Assembly: GCA_965216565.1 (NCBI GenBank)
Contig: OZ244170.1
Span: 4,032,001 to 4,096,000, forward strand
Direction: 5' to 3'
DNA length: 64,000 nucleotides
Source: Bythopirellula sp.
GTDB taxonomy: Bacteria > Planctomycetota > Planctomycetia > Pirellulales > Lacipirellulaceae
Shown here: positions 9,683 through 18,705 of the stretch, piece by piece
How positions within the stretch are numbered: the stretch's first letter is position 1
Layout of the letters: the number at the start of each line of letters is the position of its first letter
Translations under genes and position numbers: made by a program
Notes under the pieces: model-generated
What the model saw: the letters and a program-made list of their open reading frames with translations, nothing else
The model's database searches: none
Told to the model about the DNA's origin: nothing

Positions 9683-10076
9683 TAGCACCTTACCCGTGAC
9701 GACGACCGTTGATGTCCTGGCTAGACAGAAACGCTCGAAGCAATCTGGAAGAGAAAAGACGAAACCAGGCGGGGAGCTGGGAGGAAAGCTACGTGTGACG
9801 AGGGGAGAAAAGTCGTCGAGGAGTGAATCTCCATACTAGGCAGATGGAGAAAACGATCTCAAACAACTAGTTAGCAATTCTTCTGCCAATCCTCAGAAAT
9901 GGGCAGGACGGCAGGATGTCCGCCCCCTAATTGCAGCGGTCTTGCCAGCTAGAAGCCATCTATTAGCGATATTTATTGGTAGACGCGAAGATCTCTGCGG
10001 AAGCAGAAGCGTGTTGGAGAAATGAAACACGCTGAAGAGGTCTGTTGACGAAACGCAACAGAGGCACCGGTTGACT

Positions 10077-10138
10077 ATAGCTAAATTCGCAAGAATTCAG
10101 CCAATTGAGAGGTTTTGGATTCTTGCGAATCCAGCTAC
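10077..10138. repeat. Inverted pair of GTAG-type REP-like palindromes
   Basis: ATAGCTAAATTCGCAAGAATTCAG (+) and GTAGCTGGATTCGCAAGAATCC (-), just downstream of the kinase gene stop. Confidence 0.6.
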
Positions 10139-10156
10139 GCCAGATAGCGGACTGCT

Positions 10157-11623
10157 TTACGCCGCGTCTGCTTTGCTACGCTTTACGCTGCGGGAATCAG
10201 ATTCGTCCGCAGGGATCTCGAAAGAACAGGCGGTTTGGCCAGCCTCCTTGATGACTAGGCCAAATGATTTAGTCGCCACGCGATCTTCCGAGGCAGCAAT
10301 CTTAGGTTCACCGTGGACGAGTGCAAATTTGCAGTGCCCCTGGCGGAACACCCGTGGTGCCATCGTTGCAGGTCGTTGACGCCAATTTAGGCTTCGCTTT
10401 GAGGATTGTACCTCGATAGGTAGATTAAAAGCGTCGGTGTTTTCGGAATCAATAACCCACTCGGGCAACTGACGCACAAGGTCTGGCGTGGCACGCTCTC
10501 CAGGATTTAGTACTAGGACCCAAGGATACTGCGGCTTCTTGGCTTCTGCGTCGATCAGCAGATTGTCCTTTTCAACTAGCGGGCCATCGACATCGGCAGG
10601 TTTGTCGAGCGTGTGCCAGACTTGGAGCTCGACGGTCGAAGCGTTTGGTTCGACTAGCAGTATTTCATCCGCCACGTCTCGCACCGAGTCGATCGTTCTA
10701 ACCAGAGCTAGCCGATCAACGTCCTTTCTCGAGGCAGGGATAATGACCGAGATCCTGTTTGCAATCTCGGCCCCTAGATACCCTTGACGAAGTAGGTGGC
10801 AAGTCGGCATGTTGCTTTCGTTCGCCCACGATTTCAGCGTTGTCTGCAATAGTTCTTGGCGAAATACCTCAGCAGCTTCTGTATGCTCGCGCCAACTTCG
10901 AATGTGCAAAAATCTTTGCACATCTTCGATGTGCCGATGGCAAAGCCTGTTTTGGTCTCGGTGAAACTTAGTTTTCTCAAAATCAATCAGCCACACGCGA
11001 AGTGACTCGTCGACCATGAAGTTCTCTGGCTTGAGGTCGTTGTGGCTGATGTTTAGCCCAATCAATTTCTGCCAGATCTCAGCAACTTGGCGGGCAACGT
11101 TTTGTAAACTTCCAGCTGGCAAGGTTCCAGCACGAATCGCATGGAAGAGCGTCGAACCACTGATAAAATCGGTCAGCAAATAGGATCGGAAGCTCAAAGG
11201 TCCGACACCATCTACCACACAGCCTCGGACCTGCGGCACGGGGATGTTATTCTCAGCGAGCATGGCAGAGATCGCCGCGCAGCGGATGGCAGTTGGCTTG
11301 CGCCACAGCATGCGCGCTGTACGGGAAGCCGTCCCCCAAACATGCCGTTTGAGTAGGAAGCTTTGTTGGAAAGGATCCAGTTGCGGATTGTAGACCCGCA
11401 GCACCATACATCGATCTTTCTCTTGCAAGACGGTCGCTTGATGGATCAACTGCCGATCGGGATCGTCCCACAGGGCGTCGACAAGATCACTAGGCAAAGA
11501 ACGGTCGCACATCAGCTTGCGGGTTAGGCCCGACCGCTGAACTTCCAGCATGTTCTCCAACCGATGGTTCGAAAAAACTTGTCGCACGACTGATACCAAC
11601 GCGAAAAGACAGGCTGACTTCAC
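10157..11623 (-). CDS. LPS kinase (Kdo/WaaP-like) fused to a degenerate GT2 domain
   Basis: HNDLKPENF and WLIDFEK kinase motifs; C-terminal ISVIIPA...DSVRDVADEILLV...PWVLVLNPGE GT2-like segment; start uncertain (GTG 11623 or ATG 11551). Confidence 0.75.
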   Translation of the reverse strand: MKSACLFALVSVVRQVFSNHRLENMLEVQRSGLTRKLMCDRSLPSDLVDALWDDPDRQLIHQATVLQEKDRCMVLRVYNPQLDPFQQSFLLKRHVWGTASRTARMLWRKPTAIRCAAISAMLAENNIPVPQVRGCVVDGVGPLSFRSYLLTDFISGSTLFHAIRAGTLPAGSLQNVARQVAEIWQKLIGLNISHNDLKPENFMVDESLRVWLIDFEKTKFHRDQNRLCHRHIEDVQRFLHIRSWREHTEAAEVFRQELLQTTLKSWANESNMPTCHLLRQGYLGAEIANRISVIIPASRKDVDRLALVRTIDSVRDVADEILLVEPNASTVELQVWHTLDKPADVDGPLVEKDNLLIDAEAKKPQYPWVLVLNPGERATPDLVRQLPEWVIDSENTDAFNLPIEVQSSKRSLNWRQRPATMAPRVFRQGHCKFALVHGEPKIAASEDRVATKSFGLVIKEAGQTACSFEIPADESDSRSVKRSKADAA

Positions 11624-11801
11624 AAATAGTGACGGTATGCTAACGTTTTCGACGAATCGGCCAATAGTACATCAACAGATACCGACAGGCTTCGCCAAAT
11701 ATCCAGTTAGCAGTAGAACTGACGACCGTGCGACGACAGCAGTGCATTCATCCGGCAAATGACCCAGAAAACGAGTCTCTACTCGCATTCTGTCACTATC
11801 C

Positions 11802-13958
11802 CTAGAGTGATCGACGACTCTCCGGCCCCAACAAGTGGTCGGTAAGCATATTCCAGACGTGGGTACCTACGCTTTCTCTCGGCGTCCCAAGGACGACCGA
11901 AGCACGTTGCCCCGCGTTGAGCTGCTTGCTCTGCTGGACGTCGAGCACAACCCTGGCCGTAAAATGAGGTTCTAGCAGTTCCAGTTGAGGCGACTGATCG
12001 GCAGAACTCAAGTCTGAAGCCGCTTGCCGCACAGGCAAAGGCCCGCCAAAGATTGCACAGAGGGCTGGATCCAGCGGTTCAAGCGATGCACGCGGTTGAA
12101 TACTCTCGATCCGACCGGAGAACCGGCCACCCGTGGCTAGGGACATATGAACGGGAATGTTATGACTGGTATGCAGCGCGGTCATGTCGCTTTGAGGAAT
12201 CGAGAACGCAATGGATTTTTGAGCTTCATTGCCGATCTGCAGTAGGGATTCTCCCTGGTGGAGAAATACACCGAGTTGGGAGTCCAAATTCCGCGACACG
12301 ACATGGCCGTTGACCGGTGCGCGGAGTGTAAGTCCTTCGACTTGCTCAGTCAGCTCTGCGAGTTGTTTCTCGAAGGCGGCAAGCTGTTGGCGTTCAGCGG
12401 CCAATGCGGCTAGCTTTCTCTGGCCAAGCAGGCTGCGGATTCGCAGTCGAGTGGCCGCAAGTTTTGTTTTTTGGATGGCATGATCCCGCAACAATATGTC
12501 GTTGCGTAAACGGGCCAACATTTGTCCCTGCCGTACAGAATCGCCGCTACGGACAAACATCTCCTCCACAAACCCATCGGTTTTTGATCTCACAACGGCC
12601 AGCGGTTCATAATCGACGATGCCAACGACTCGCTGCGCCCCAGGCCAAGGCAAGCACACCAAAGCGATGCCGCCGACGATTCCAATCGCTGTGAGAGTTG
12701 TTGCCATTCGGTATCGCATCGCAACGGCCTGGACCGATCGAGCACTTAGCAACCGAATCAATCGAAGTAACGGCGTGCCATACCAAGTGATCACAGCAAA
12801 CGCAGCGAGGACCACCCCTGCTCCGTGCCACATGGTTGCTGCTGCGACAATCAGTCCCGCGCAGACGAAAAGTCGCCAAACAAATGCAAGGATCGCATAC
12901 GTTCGGATCAACACTGCGCGACTGTCGAGTTTGAGTTCACTGTCTCGTGGCAAACCCAAAAAGAAGCGGCGAGCCCACCCACGCAGCCAACTATGGGCGG
13001 TAACGGCCAGATTCGGCATTTCAAGCAGGTCAGTGAGGATGTAATAGCCGTCGAAACGCATTAACGGATTCGCATTAAACAGCAGCGTAGTCACCCCGGC
13101 CATCAATACAAGATTGGCGCAAAATTGATTCATGATCCCGGGAGATGTCGCACTCCATATCAATGCAGCTAGTCCAGCGACGTAGAGTTCCAGTTGCATT
13201 CCCGCCGCGGAAATGTGCAGGCGTTGTAGGCGGCTACGAATTCGCCAGGCACTTGTCACATCGACATAGGCAATAGGCAACATCAGGATGAATTGCAAAC
13301 CCGTCTCGCGCACCGTCCCCCCATAACGATGGCAAACCAGGCCATGGGAAAGTTCGTGAATCACCTTGAGCAAGACCCAGGCAACAAGCAGACTAAGCTG
13401 TCCGGTTGGACTGAAGATCGCGCTCGTAGACTCTGCCAGACGATCCCACCGTTGTGCTACTGCCACTAGACCAAGTGCGACAATGGAGACGCCAACTACG
13501 GTGGCCCATTTGCAATAGATCCAAGCCAAATAGGGATAACATCGGGCGATCCACGCCTCGGGACTCCCTAGCGGAATTCGGAAGAAGATGGGACTGTTGC
13601 TTCCTGTTCGGCGCTTCGGCGCCGCAGCGGCTTGGGAGGAGGAGCATGACGTTGCGCTCTGCTCGCCCACTTCCAAGAGGTCATTCTGTGCGGCCCAACT
13701 CAGGATCTTCCGCGCCTGTGGTTCAGATAGCGGAGGGTCACCGAGCCACTGACACCCACTTGTGAGGGTATCCGCCCAAGAACTGTTTCCATCAAGCGAC
13801 GCTAACACCAGGTACTCACTTCGACCCAAGCGATAAAACTTTGTTTGGAGGGGATCCTCCAAAATATAGACAGTTTGCCCGGCTACTTGTTGCGGACGAA
13901 AGATAAGGTCGGACCGGAGTTTTGGCGACGGATCGTGTTGGTTGGTCGCTGCGGACAT
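11802..13958 (-). CDS. M50-family (site-2) zinc peptidase fused to an HlyD-like adaptor, with N-terminal PqqD-like domain
   Basis: HELSH (HExxH), NANPLMRFDGYY (NxxPxxxxDG), multiple TMs, lipoyl-like VRSGDSVRQGQML, coiled coil and LRAPVNG. Confidence 0.85.
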   Translation of the reverse strand: MSAATNQHDPSPKLRSDLIFRPQQVAGQTVYILEDPLQTKFYRLGRSEYLVLASLDGNSSWADTLTSGCQWLGDPPLSEPQARKILSWAAQNDLLEVGEQSATSCSSSQAAAAPKRRTGSNSPIFFRIPLGSPEAWIARCYPYLAWIYCKWATVVGVSIVALGLVAVAQRWDRLAESTSAIFSPTGQLSLLVAWVLLKVIHELSHGLVCHRYGGTVRETGLQFILMLPIAYVDVTSAWRIRSRLQRLHISAAGMQLELYVAGLAALIWSATSPGIMNQFCANLVLMAGVTTLLFNANPLMRFDGYYILTDLLEMPNLAVTAHSWLRGWARRFFLGLPRDSELKLDSRAVLIRTYAILAFVWRLFVCAGLIVAAATMWHGAGVVLAAFAVITWYGTPLLRLIRLLSARSVQAVAMRYRMATTLTAIGIVGGIALVCLPWPGAQRVVGIVDYEPLAVVRSKTDGFVEEMFVRSGDSVRQGQMLARLRNDILLRDHAIQKTKLAATRLRIRSLLGQRKLAALAAERQQLAAFEKQLAELTEQVEGLTLRAPVNGHVVSRNLDSQLGVFLHQGESLLQIGNEAQKSIAFSIPQSDMTALHTSHNIPVHMSLATGGRFSGRIESIQPRASLEPLDPALCAIFGGPLPVRQAASDLSSADQSPQLELLEPHFTARVVLDVQQSKQLNAGQRASVVLGTPRESVGTHVWNMLTDHLLGPESRRSL

Positions 13959-13962
13959 AAGA

Positions 13963-15387
13963 TCACCACCCCAACCACTGGGTCAGTGCCACATAAGGTT
14001 GATGGAATAGAATCCAACCCGTACGTGCCCAGCCCGCGCTCACGCGGGCCTGCCCTTGCATGCCGGGCCGCAGTGCGGCTTGGTGATTGGCCAATTCCAG
14101 TTCTGCAACAAACACTTGCTCCGCCCCACGAATTTCTGCCCGCGGATGAATGTTTTGTATGGTGCCCGTCCAGTGCTGGCCAGGAAATGCCTCGAGAGTT
14201 ACCGAGGTGACTGCCTCTTCTTGTGCATAAGTAACACTTTGTTCGGGAACGGCGACCTCGACCAGCACGTTGTCGAGCGGAGCAATCTCCATCAGGGTTT
14301 GACCAGTGGTTACCGGTGCACCTTCCACACGCTGTAGGTCGCCACTGATCACAACGCCATCGAATGGTGCGTGTATGGTCAGATGCTCTTGGCGGTCTCT
14401 CAGGAGTGCAAGCTGATGTTCGAGTTGCTCCATTTCTAGTCGTGCCAATTGAGACTCAGACGTTCTACGCTCAGCGAGAGCGGAGTCGCGACTCTTTTGT
14501 GCCTTCTCATAAGCGGCTTCCAAAGAGGCGATTTGCCAAAGGATTTCTCGACCGTCGAGCTCAACCAAGGGTTGGCCCTGCGTCACGACATCACCAGGCT
14601 CGACCAACGTTTGGACGAGCGTCGCCTCGAAAGGGGCCGCAACATAGCGGCGGGTGACAGGTTCCAGTACGCAGGAGCAATGAATCTTGTGAGGGAGAGG
14701 AACCGCCATGAGTGCTAAGAATCCAGCAACAGTCCACGCATACATGCGTCGCTTACTGCTGTCGCAGAATCGGCTGCGTAGCTGCTCGGTCAATCGGGCC
14801 CACGCACTCTGATGGGCCTTGCGGGAAACTTCCAGCGCTCCGGCAACCATTGGTTCGGCTCGACTCAACCACGCAGTGGCGAGCGATTGTTCGAGTTCTC
14901 CGTCGCCCCAAACTAACATCGCTCCCACTACAAATCCTGCCCCGTCCCGCAAAGTGTGGCTGACCATCCACTCACAGCCTACAAGCTGAGCGAGGTGTTC
15001 AAGTGTTTTGGCTGGCATGGCTCTAGTTTGTTGCCACGGGTACGCGAGTGGACTGGCAGCGAGAACGGTTTCGTCCAGCGCAGATTCGATGGCACGGACG
15101 CGCTCGGATCGGTGGTCGAGATCATTGCGAGTCGAAACTGCCTGCAAACTGCAAGTGCCATTGCGTCGCACCAATCCGATCGCCATTTGGCAACGCGCAA
15201 GCTGGGAAGGAAGGCAACGCGAGAGGGTTTGCGCTGCGGATGACAGGTCTGGGGCTTGAATTGATTCGAGTAGGAGCTGCAACAGTCCGGAGGCGGTTTG
15301 CTCGTCGGAACGGGGTGCGCAGTGATCGTGGTCGGGTCGGGAACGCGTCCCAACAGGAGAACCAATAGAAGGCGAAGTGATCGACAT
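13963..15387 (-). CDS. HlyD/RND periplasmic adaptor with N-terminal GAF-like domain
   Basis: N-terminal GAF-like region, one TM, VAAPFEA..VEPGDVVTQGQPL, IHAPFDGVV, LRPGMQG. Confidence 0.85.
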   Translation of the reverse strand: MSITSPSIGSPVGTRSRPDHDHCAPRSDEQTASGLLQLLLESIQAPDLSSAAQTLSRCLPSQLARCQMAIGLVRRNGTCSLQAVSTRNDLDHRSERVRAIESALDETVLAASPLAYPWQQTRAMPAKTLEHLAQLVGCEWMVSHTLRDGAGFVVGAMLVWGDGELEQSLATAWLSRAEPMVAGALEVSRKAHQSAWARLTEQLRSRFCDSSKRRMYAWTVAGFLALMAVPLPHKIHCSCVLEPVTRRYVAAPFEATLVQTLVEPGDVVTQGQPLVELDGREILWQIASLEAAYEKAQKSRDSALAERRTSESQLARLEMEQLEHQLALLRDRQEHLTIHAPFDGVVISGDLQRVEGAPVTTGQTLMEIAPLDNVLVEVAVPEQSVTYAQEEAVTSVTLEAFPGQHWTGTIQNIHPRAEIRGAEQVFVAELELANHQAALRPGMQGQARVSAGWARTGWILFHQPYVALTQWLGW

Positions 15388-15429
15388 GGGAGGTAGGCAG
15401 GGAGAGGATTGTTTGTGGGGGGAGCTGGA

Positions 15430-16269
15430 CTACTTTTGCAGGTTGAGCGAACATGCCTGTCCGCTTTTCAGGCGAGCTTGTGGATTGGGAATTCGCACCT
15501 TGATGGCGACCGTACCACTCTCGGCATTGATAACGGGCGAGACAAATTCCACGGTGGATTCCACATGGTGTCCGTCTACGGGAAAGTAGACCGTTGCGGA
15601 ATCGCCTTCAGATACCTGGGAGGCGTTTACGCTATTGACGTCGAACATTGCGTAGAGCGGATCGAGTTGCACAAGCACAAGCAGGTGCGGATCGTTGGGG
15701 GCGGAAAACTCGCCCTCGTGCTTCAGCACTGTAGTTACCACTCCATCGATGGGTGCCCGAATCGTACGACGATCGATTTGGACTCTTATGCTCTCGTACT
15801 CTAGTTCCTTCAAACGCTGCTGCTCTCGAGCCGCGGTGAGTTGACCCTCGGCAATCGCCAGGTCGGCTCGGGCTCTTTCCAGTTCTAACTCACGAGCATG
15901 ACCGCTAAGTTGCAGAGATTCGAGTGCTTCGAGGGTATGCCGGCGTAGGTCGACCTCGGCTTCAGAGGCGTTAACTCGGCCGTGAGCATCCTTTGCCACC
16001 TTAGCGATTGCCAGCATCGCCGCTTGCACATCGATGTCGAGTTGCACTAAGGGATCGCCTTCGCGTACTTGAGTCCCTTCCTCCACGAACATGCGTCCAA
16101 TGATGCCCGATTCTGGAGCAGCGACATGAATAGTGCGGTTCGGTTCGGTGAAACCATCGCTGGCAGATGCATCATTGCCGATCGCTTCTGTCGCTGAGGA
16201 TAGAACGACCACCGATACGAGACAAAAAAGCGCGGCGAAGCACGGCCTGCGCAGCTTGGGAGTGTTCAT
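15430..16269 (-). CDS. Efflux RND/HlyD periplasmic adaptor subunit
   Basis: Signal peptide, VAAPESGII..VEEGTQVREGDPL, IRAPIDGVV, VSPVINAESGT, LKSG. Confidence 0.88.
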   Translation of the reverse strand: MNTPKLRRPCFAALFCLVSVVVLSSATEAIGNDASASDGFTEPNRTIHVAAPESGIIGRMFVEEGTQVREGDPLVQLDIDVQAAMLAIAKVAKDAHGRVNASEAEVDLRRHTLEALESLQLSGHARELELERARADLAIAEGQLTAAREQQRLKELEYESIRVQIDRRTIRAPIDGVVTTVLKHEGEFSAPNDPHLLVLVQLDPLYAMFDVNSVNASQVSEGDSATVYFPVDGHHVESTVEFVSPVINAESGTVAIKVRIPNPQARLKSGQACSLNLQK

Positions 16270-16573
16270 AGGGAGGGCTTTCGTGGGAGTGCAGGCAGAC
16301 TTCTCACCGTAGTGGTCGCAGTCGCCTGTGGGGATTGCACTGGAAAATCTAGCTCACAAAACCAGGGCTAGCCTGCAAGTTGCCCGGGAAAACAAGCTGA
16401 TTGTCAGCGCGAGAGAGCTCGCGCAACTTGGAGAAGTGGTAAACGTCTGCGAAGACACTAGAGCCATTGCCGGTCTAGTCGTCAGAACCGCTACCAGCGT
16501 TATATCAGTTGTAAGAGGAGGGAAATGTCGCCTGCCAAATGAACAACGAAGTTGGCAGGAGTCATTCTTGCCT

Positions 16574-18271
16574 CTATCGAGTTGAGCACTGCACGCAGGG
16601 GTCGAACACAATCAGTTCCCCTAATGCTCGTTTGAGTTTGACTTGTGCGACGGCAAATGAGGTTTGTGCGCCGACCAACAGCTGTTCTTCATTCACAAGC
16701 CGGTCCTCCGCATCGAGCAGGTCAACCAAAAAAAGGCTTGTTGACTGATCGTGACCGGGCAATTGTTTCCATCGTTGATAGAGATAGTCAACTTCAGCCG
16801 CGGTCGCAGCTAGGGCGGCACGTCGAGACTCGAGCAGTGCATGGGCGACATACACTTCTCGCAGAACGATCTCCACCTCAGCACTAATTTCAGCCATTGA
16901 AGCATCGAGCTGATGGCTTACCCGACTCAGCTCGAGCTGGCGTTGGAACAACTGTGACTTCGCCCGCCGATTTCCGAGAGGCATTTCGAAAAACAATCCA
17001 GCTGTGTAGCTTGGCGCACCCTCAGCGAACTGGTCACCGAGTGCCCTGCCTAGCTGGGCGTCTCCCTGCAGTCCGTTGACGTAGGATTCCACGACGAGTG
17101 CTAACGATGGCAACACTTGATTGGCGGCAACATCTGTTTCCACCGCAGCGATCCGCATTTGGGCCATAAGACTGTCGATTTCAGGGCGTTGGGCAAGAGC
17201 CAATTGTCTCGCCACAATCGCAGAGATTTCCACATGATCTTCCCGTGGAATGTCTAGTGGCGCAAGTTCCACATTCGGATGGCTGAGTAACAGGGGCGAA
17301 TTGACTAGCGAGCGGAGTGTTGCCTCGGCATCGCGTACCGAAGCACTTGCACGCAACCAACTTGCTTCGCGGGTGGCGACTTTGGCTTTGGCCCGTTGAA
17401 TTTGGCTGCGAAGTACGTCGATCGCCTGCCGATTTTCCAGATGGTTGAGTATCGCCCGAGCCCGTTGCAGGTTGCGACCTTGTTGCAAAACCAGCGCCCG
17501 CTGGAAGTACAGTTGCCAGTACTGTTCAGCAACGCGAAGCAACTGATCCTGTAGGCCCGCGGCGAACACATCACTGGCAATCCGCACGTCGTATTCTGCC
17601 TGGACAATCACCGCCTCATTGAAGGCACGACCGGCACCACGCAGAAGCGGTTGGGTGACACTGACCGAGAGGCGGGTTTGCGCTTGGTCGTTGGGAATGA
17701 AGAACGTAGAGTTGCTATTCTGATATCCGAGGCGTTGCGCGACTTCGACGGAGGCACCCGACCGTGTTTTTCGCCTCACACCGATATTCTCAGTGAACGT
17801 ATCCTCCAGCAACCTGGGAACCCCGCCCGTTGTTAGAAAGCTACCGACGGGTTCGTCCCGATCAAACCACTTGGCATCGACAAAAGCTACGGGGTCGAAA
17901 GTAGCATCGGCCTGAGTTACCAGGGTCCGACTAATCTGCGGCCCTACACGCAATGCCTGCACTTGTTGCGAGTGTCGGAGTGTTTCTATCGCCAGTTGAT
18001 CGAGGGTTAGCGGTAGCGATTGCGTGCCGGGACGCTGTGGTTGGACCACCAACTGAGACCACCAATCGTTACCTTGCACAGTCGGCAATGTGGTCGAGTC
18101 TAGAGTCAGCGTTTCTTCCACCGGTGGAAGCCGCTCGAGTAGCGGAGTGCCCGTGGCTATTGGTTCCCAATGCTCGCTATTATTGGATTGAGCGCAACAA
18201 ACCGTGACACCGTGACAAAGCACGACGGCTAATCCTATCAATAGCTGAGTTACCCTCTTATCCATCGTCAT
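16574..18271 (-). CDS. TolC-family outer membrane efflux protein
   Basis: Signal peptide, SVTQPLLRGAG, ALAQRPEI, FEMPLGNRRA, two long helical repeats. Confidence 0.88.
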   Translation of the reverse strand: MTMDKRVTQLLIGLAVVLCHGVTVCCAQSNNSEHWEPIATGTPLLERLPPVEETLTLDSTTLPTVQGNDWWSQLVVQPQRPGTQSLPLTLDQLAIETLRHSQQVQALRVGPQISRTLVTQADATFDPVAFVDAKWFDRDEPVGSFLTTGGVPRLLEDTFTENIGVRRKTRSGASVEVAQRLGYQNSNSTFFIPNDQAQTRLSVSVTQPLLRGAGRAFNEAVIVQAEYDVRIASDVFAAGLQDQLLRVAEQYWQLYFQRALVLQQGRNLQRARAILNHLENRQAIDVLRSQIQRAKAKVATREASWLRASASVRDAEATLRSLVNSPLLLSHPNVELAPLDIPREDHVEISAIVARQLALAQRPEIDSLMAQMRIAAVETDVAANQVLPSLALVVESYVNGLQGDAQLGRALGDQFAEGAPSYTAGLFFEMPLGNRRAKSQLFQRQLELSRVSHQLDASMAEISAEVEIVLREVYVAHALLESRRAALAATAAEVDYLYQRWKQLPGHDQSTSLFLVDLLDAEDRLVNEEQLLVGAQTSFAVAQVKLKRALGELIVFDPCVQCSTR

Positions 18272-18705
18272 CCGTGCGCTTAGATGCGGATCCCCACCTA
18301 GATAGGTCTCCGTTCGTTCCGATATTGCCTTATGTGTCTATTTCGACAGTTATCAGGAGTCCACCGTAACTGATACGGGTATCGTTGCGGCTTTTAACGT
18401 CCAACCTGAATTTGTATTCGACTCAGGGAGCAAAACCGATCAATCACGAACTTGAAGACATATCGCTACAACCATTACATCTTTCCAAGGTCTTCCCGAC
18501 AGTTGCTGCAATGCGATCGAAAGTATCAGCAAGAGATAGCGTCACGACATGCGTGATGGATAGACCGGATAGTAGCTGCTTTTCTAACTTCGGGTAGGAA
18601 CCAGGCGCTTTTGTGCTGGGCAATAACCTACTATTTCAGAGCGAATTGAGTGAGTTGTCCGAACGCTCGCCGCACCTCCCTGCCCCTTTGCCAGACCGCT
18701 ATCTG

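Noticed and set aside
9901..9928. GGGCAGGAC-GGCAGGAT-GTCCGCCCC hairpin as a third REP type or terminator
   Set aside because: Single imperfect copy in the window with no U-tract; insufficient evidence
18364..18390. Imperfect palindrome in the TolC/cargo divergent promoter
   Set aside because: Needs a gap and a mismatch to pair; could arise by chance
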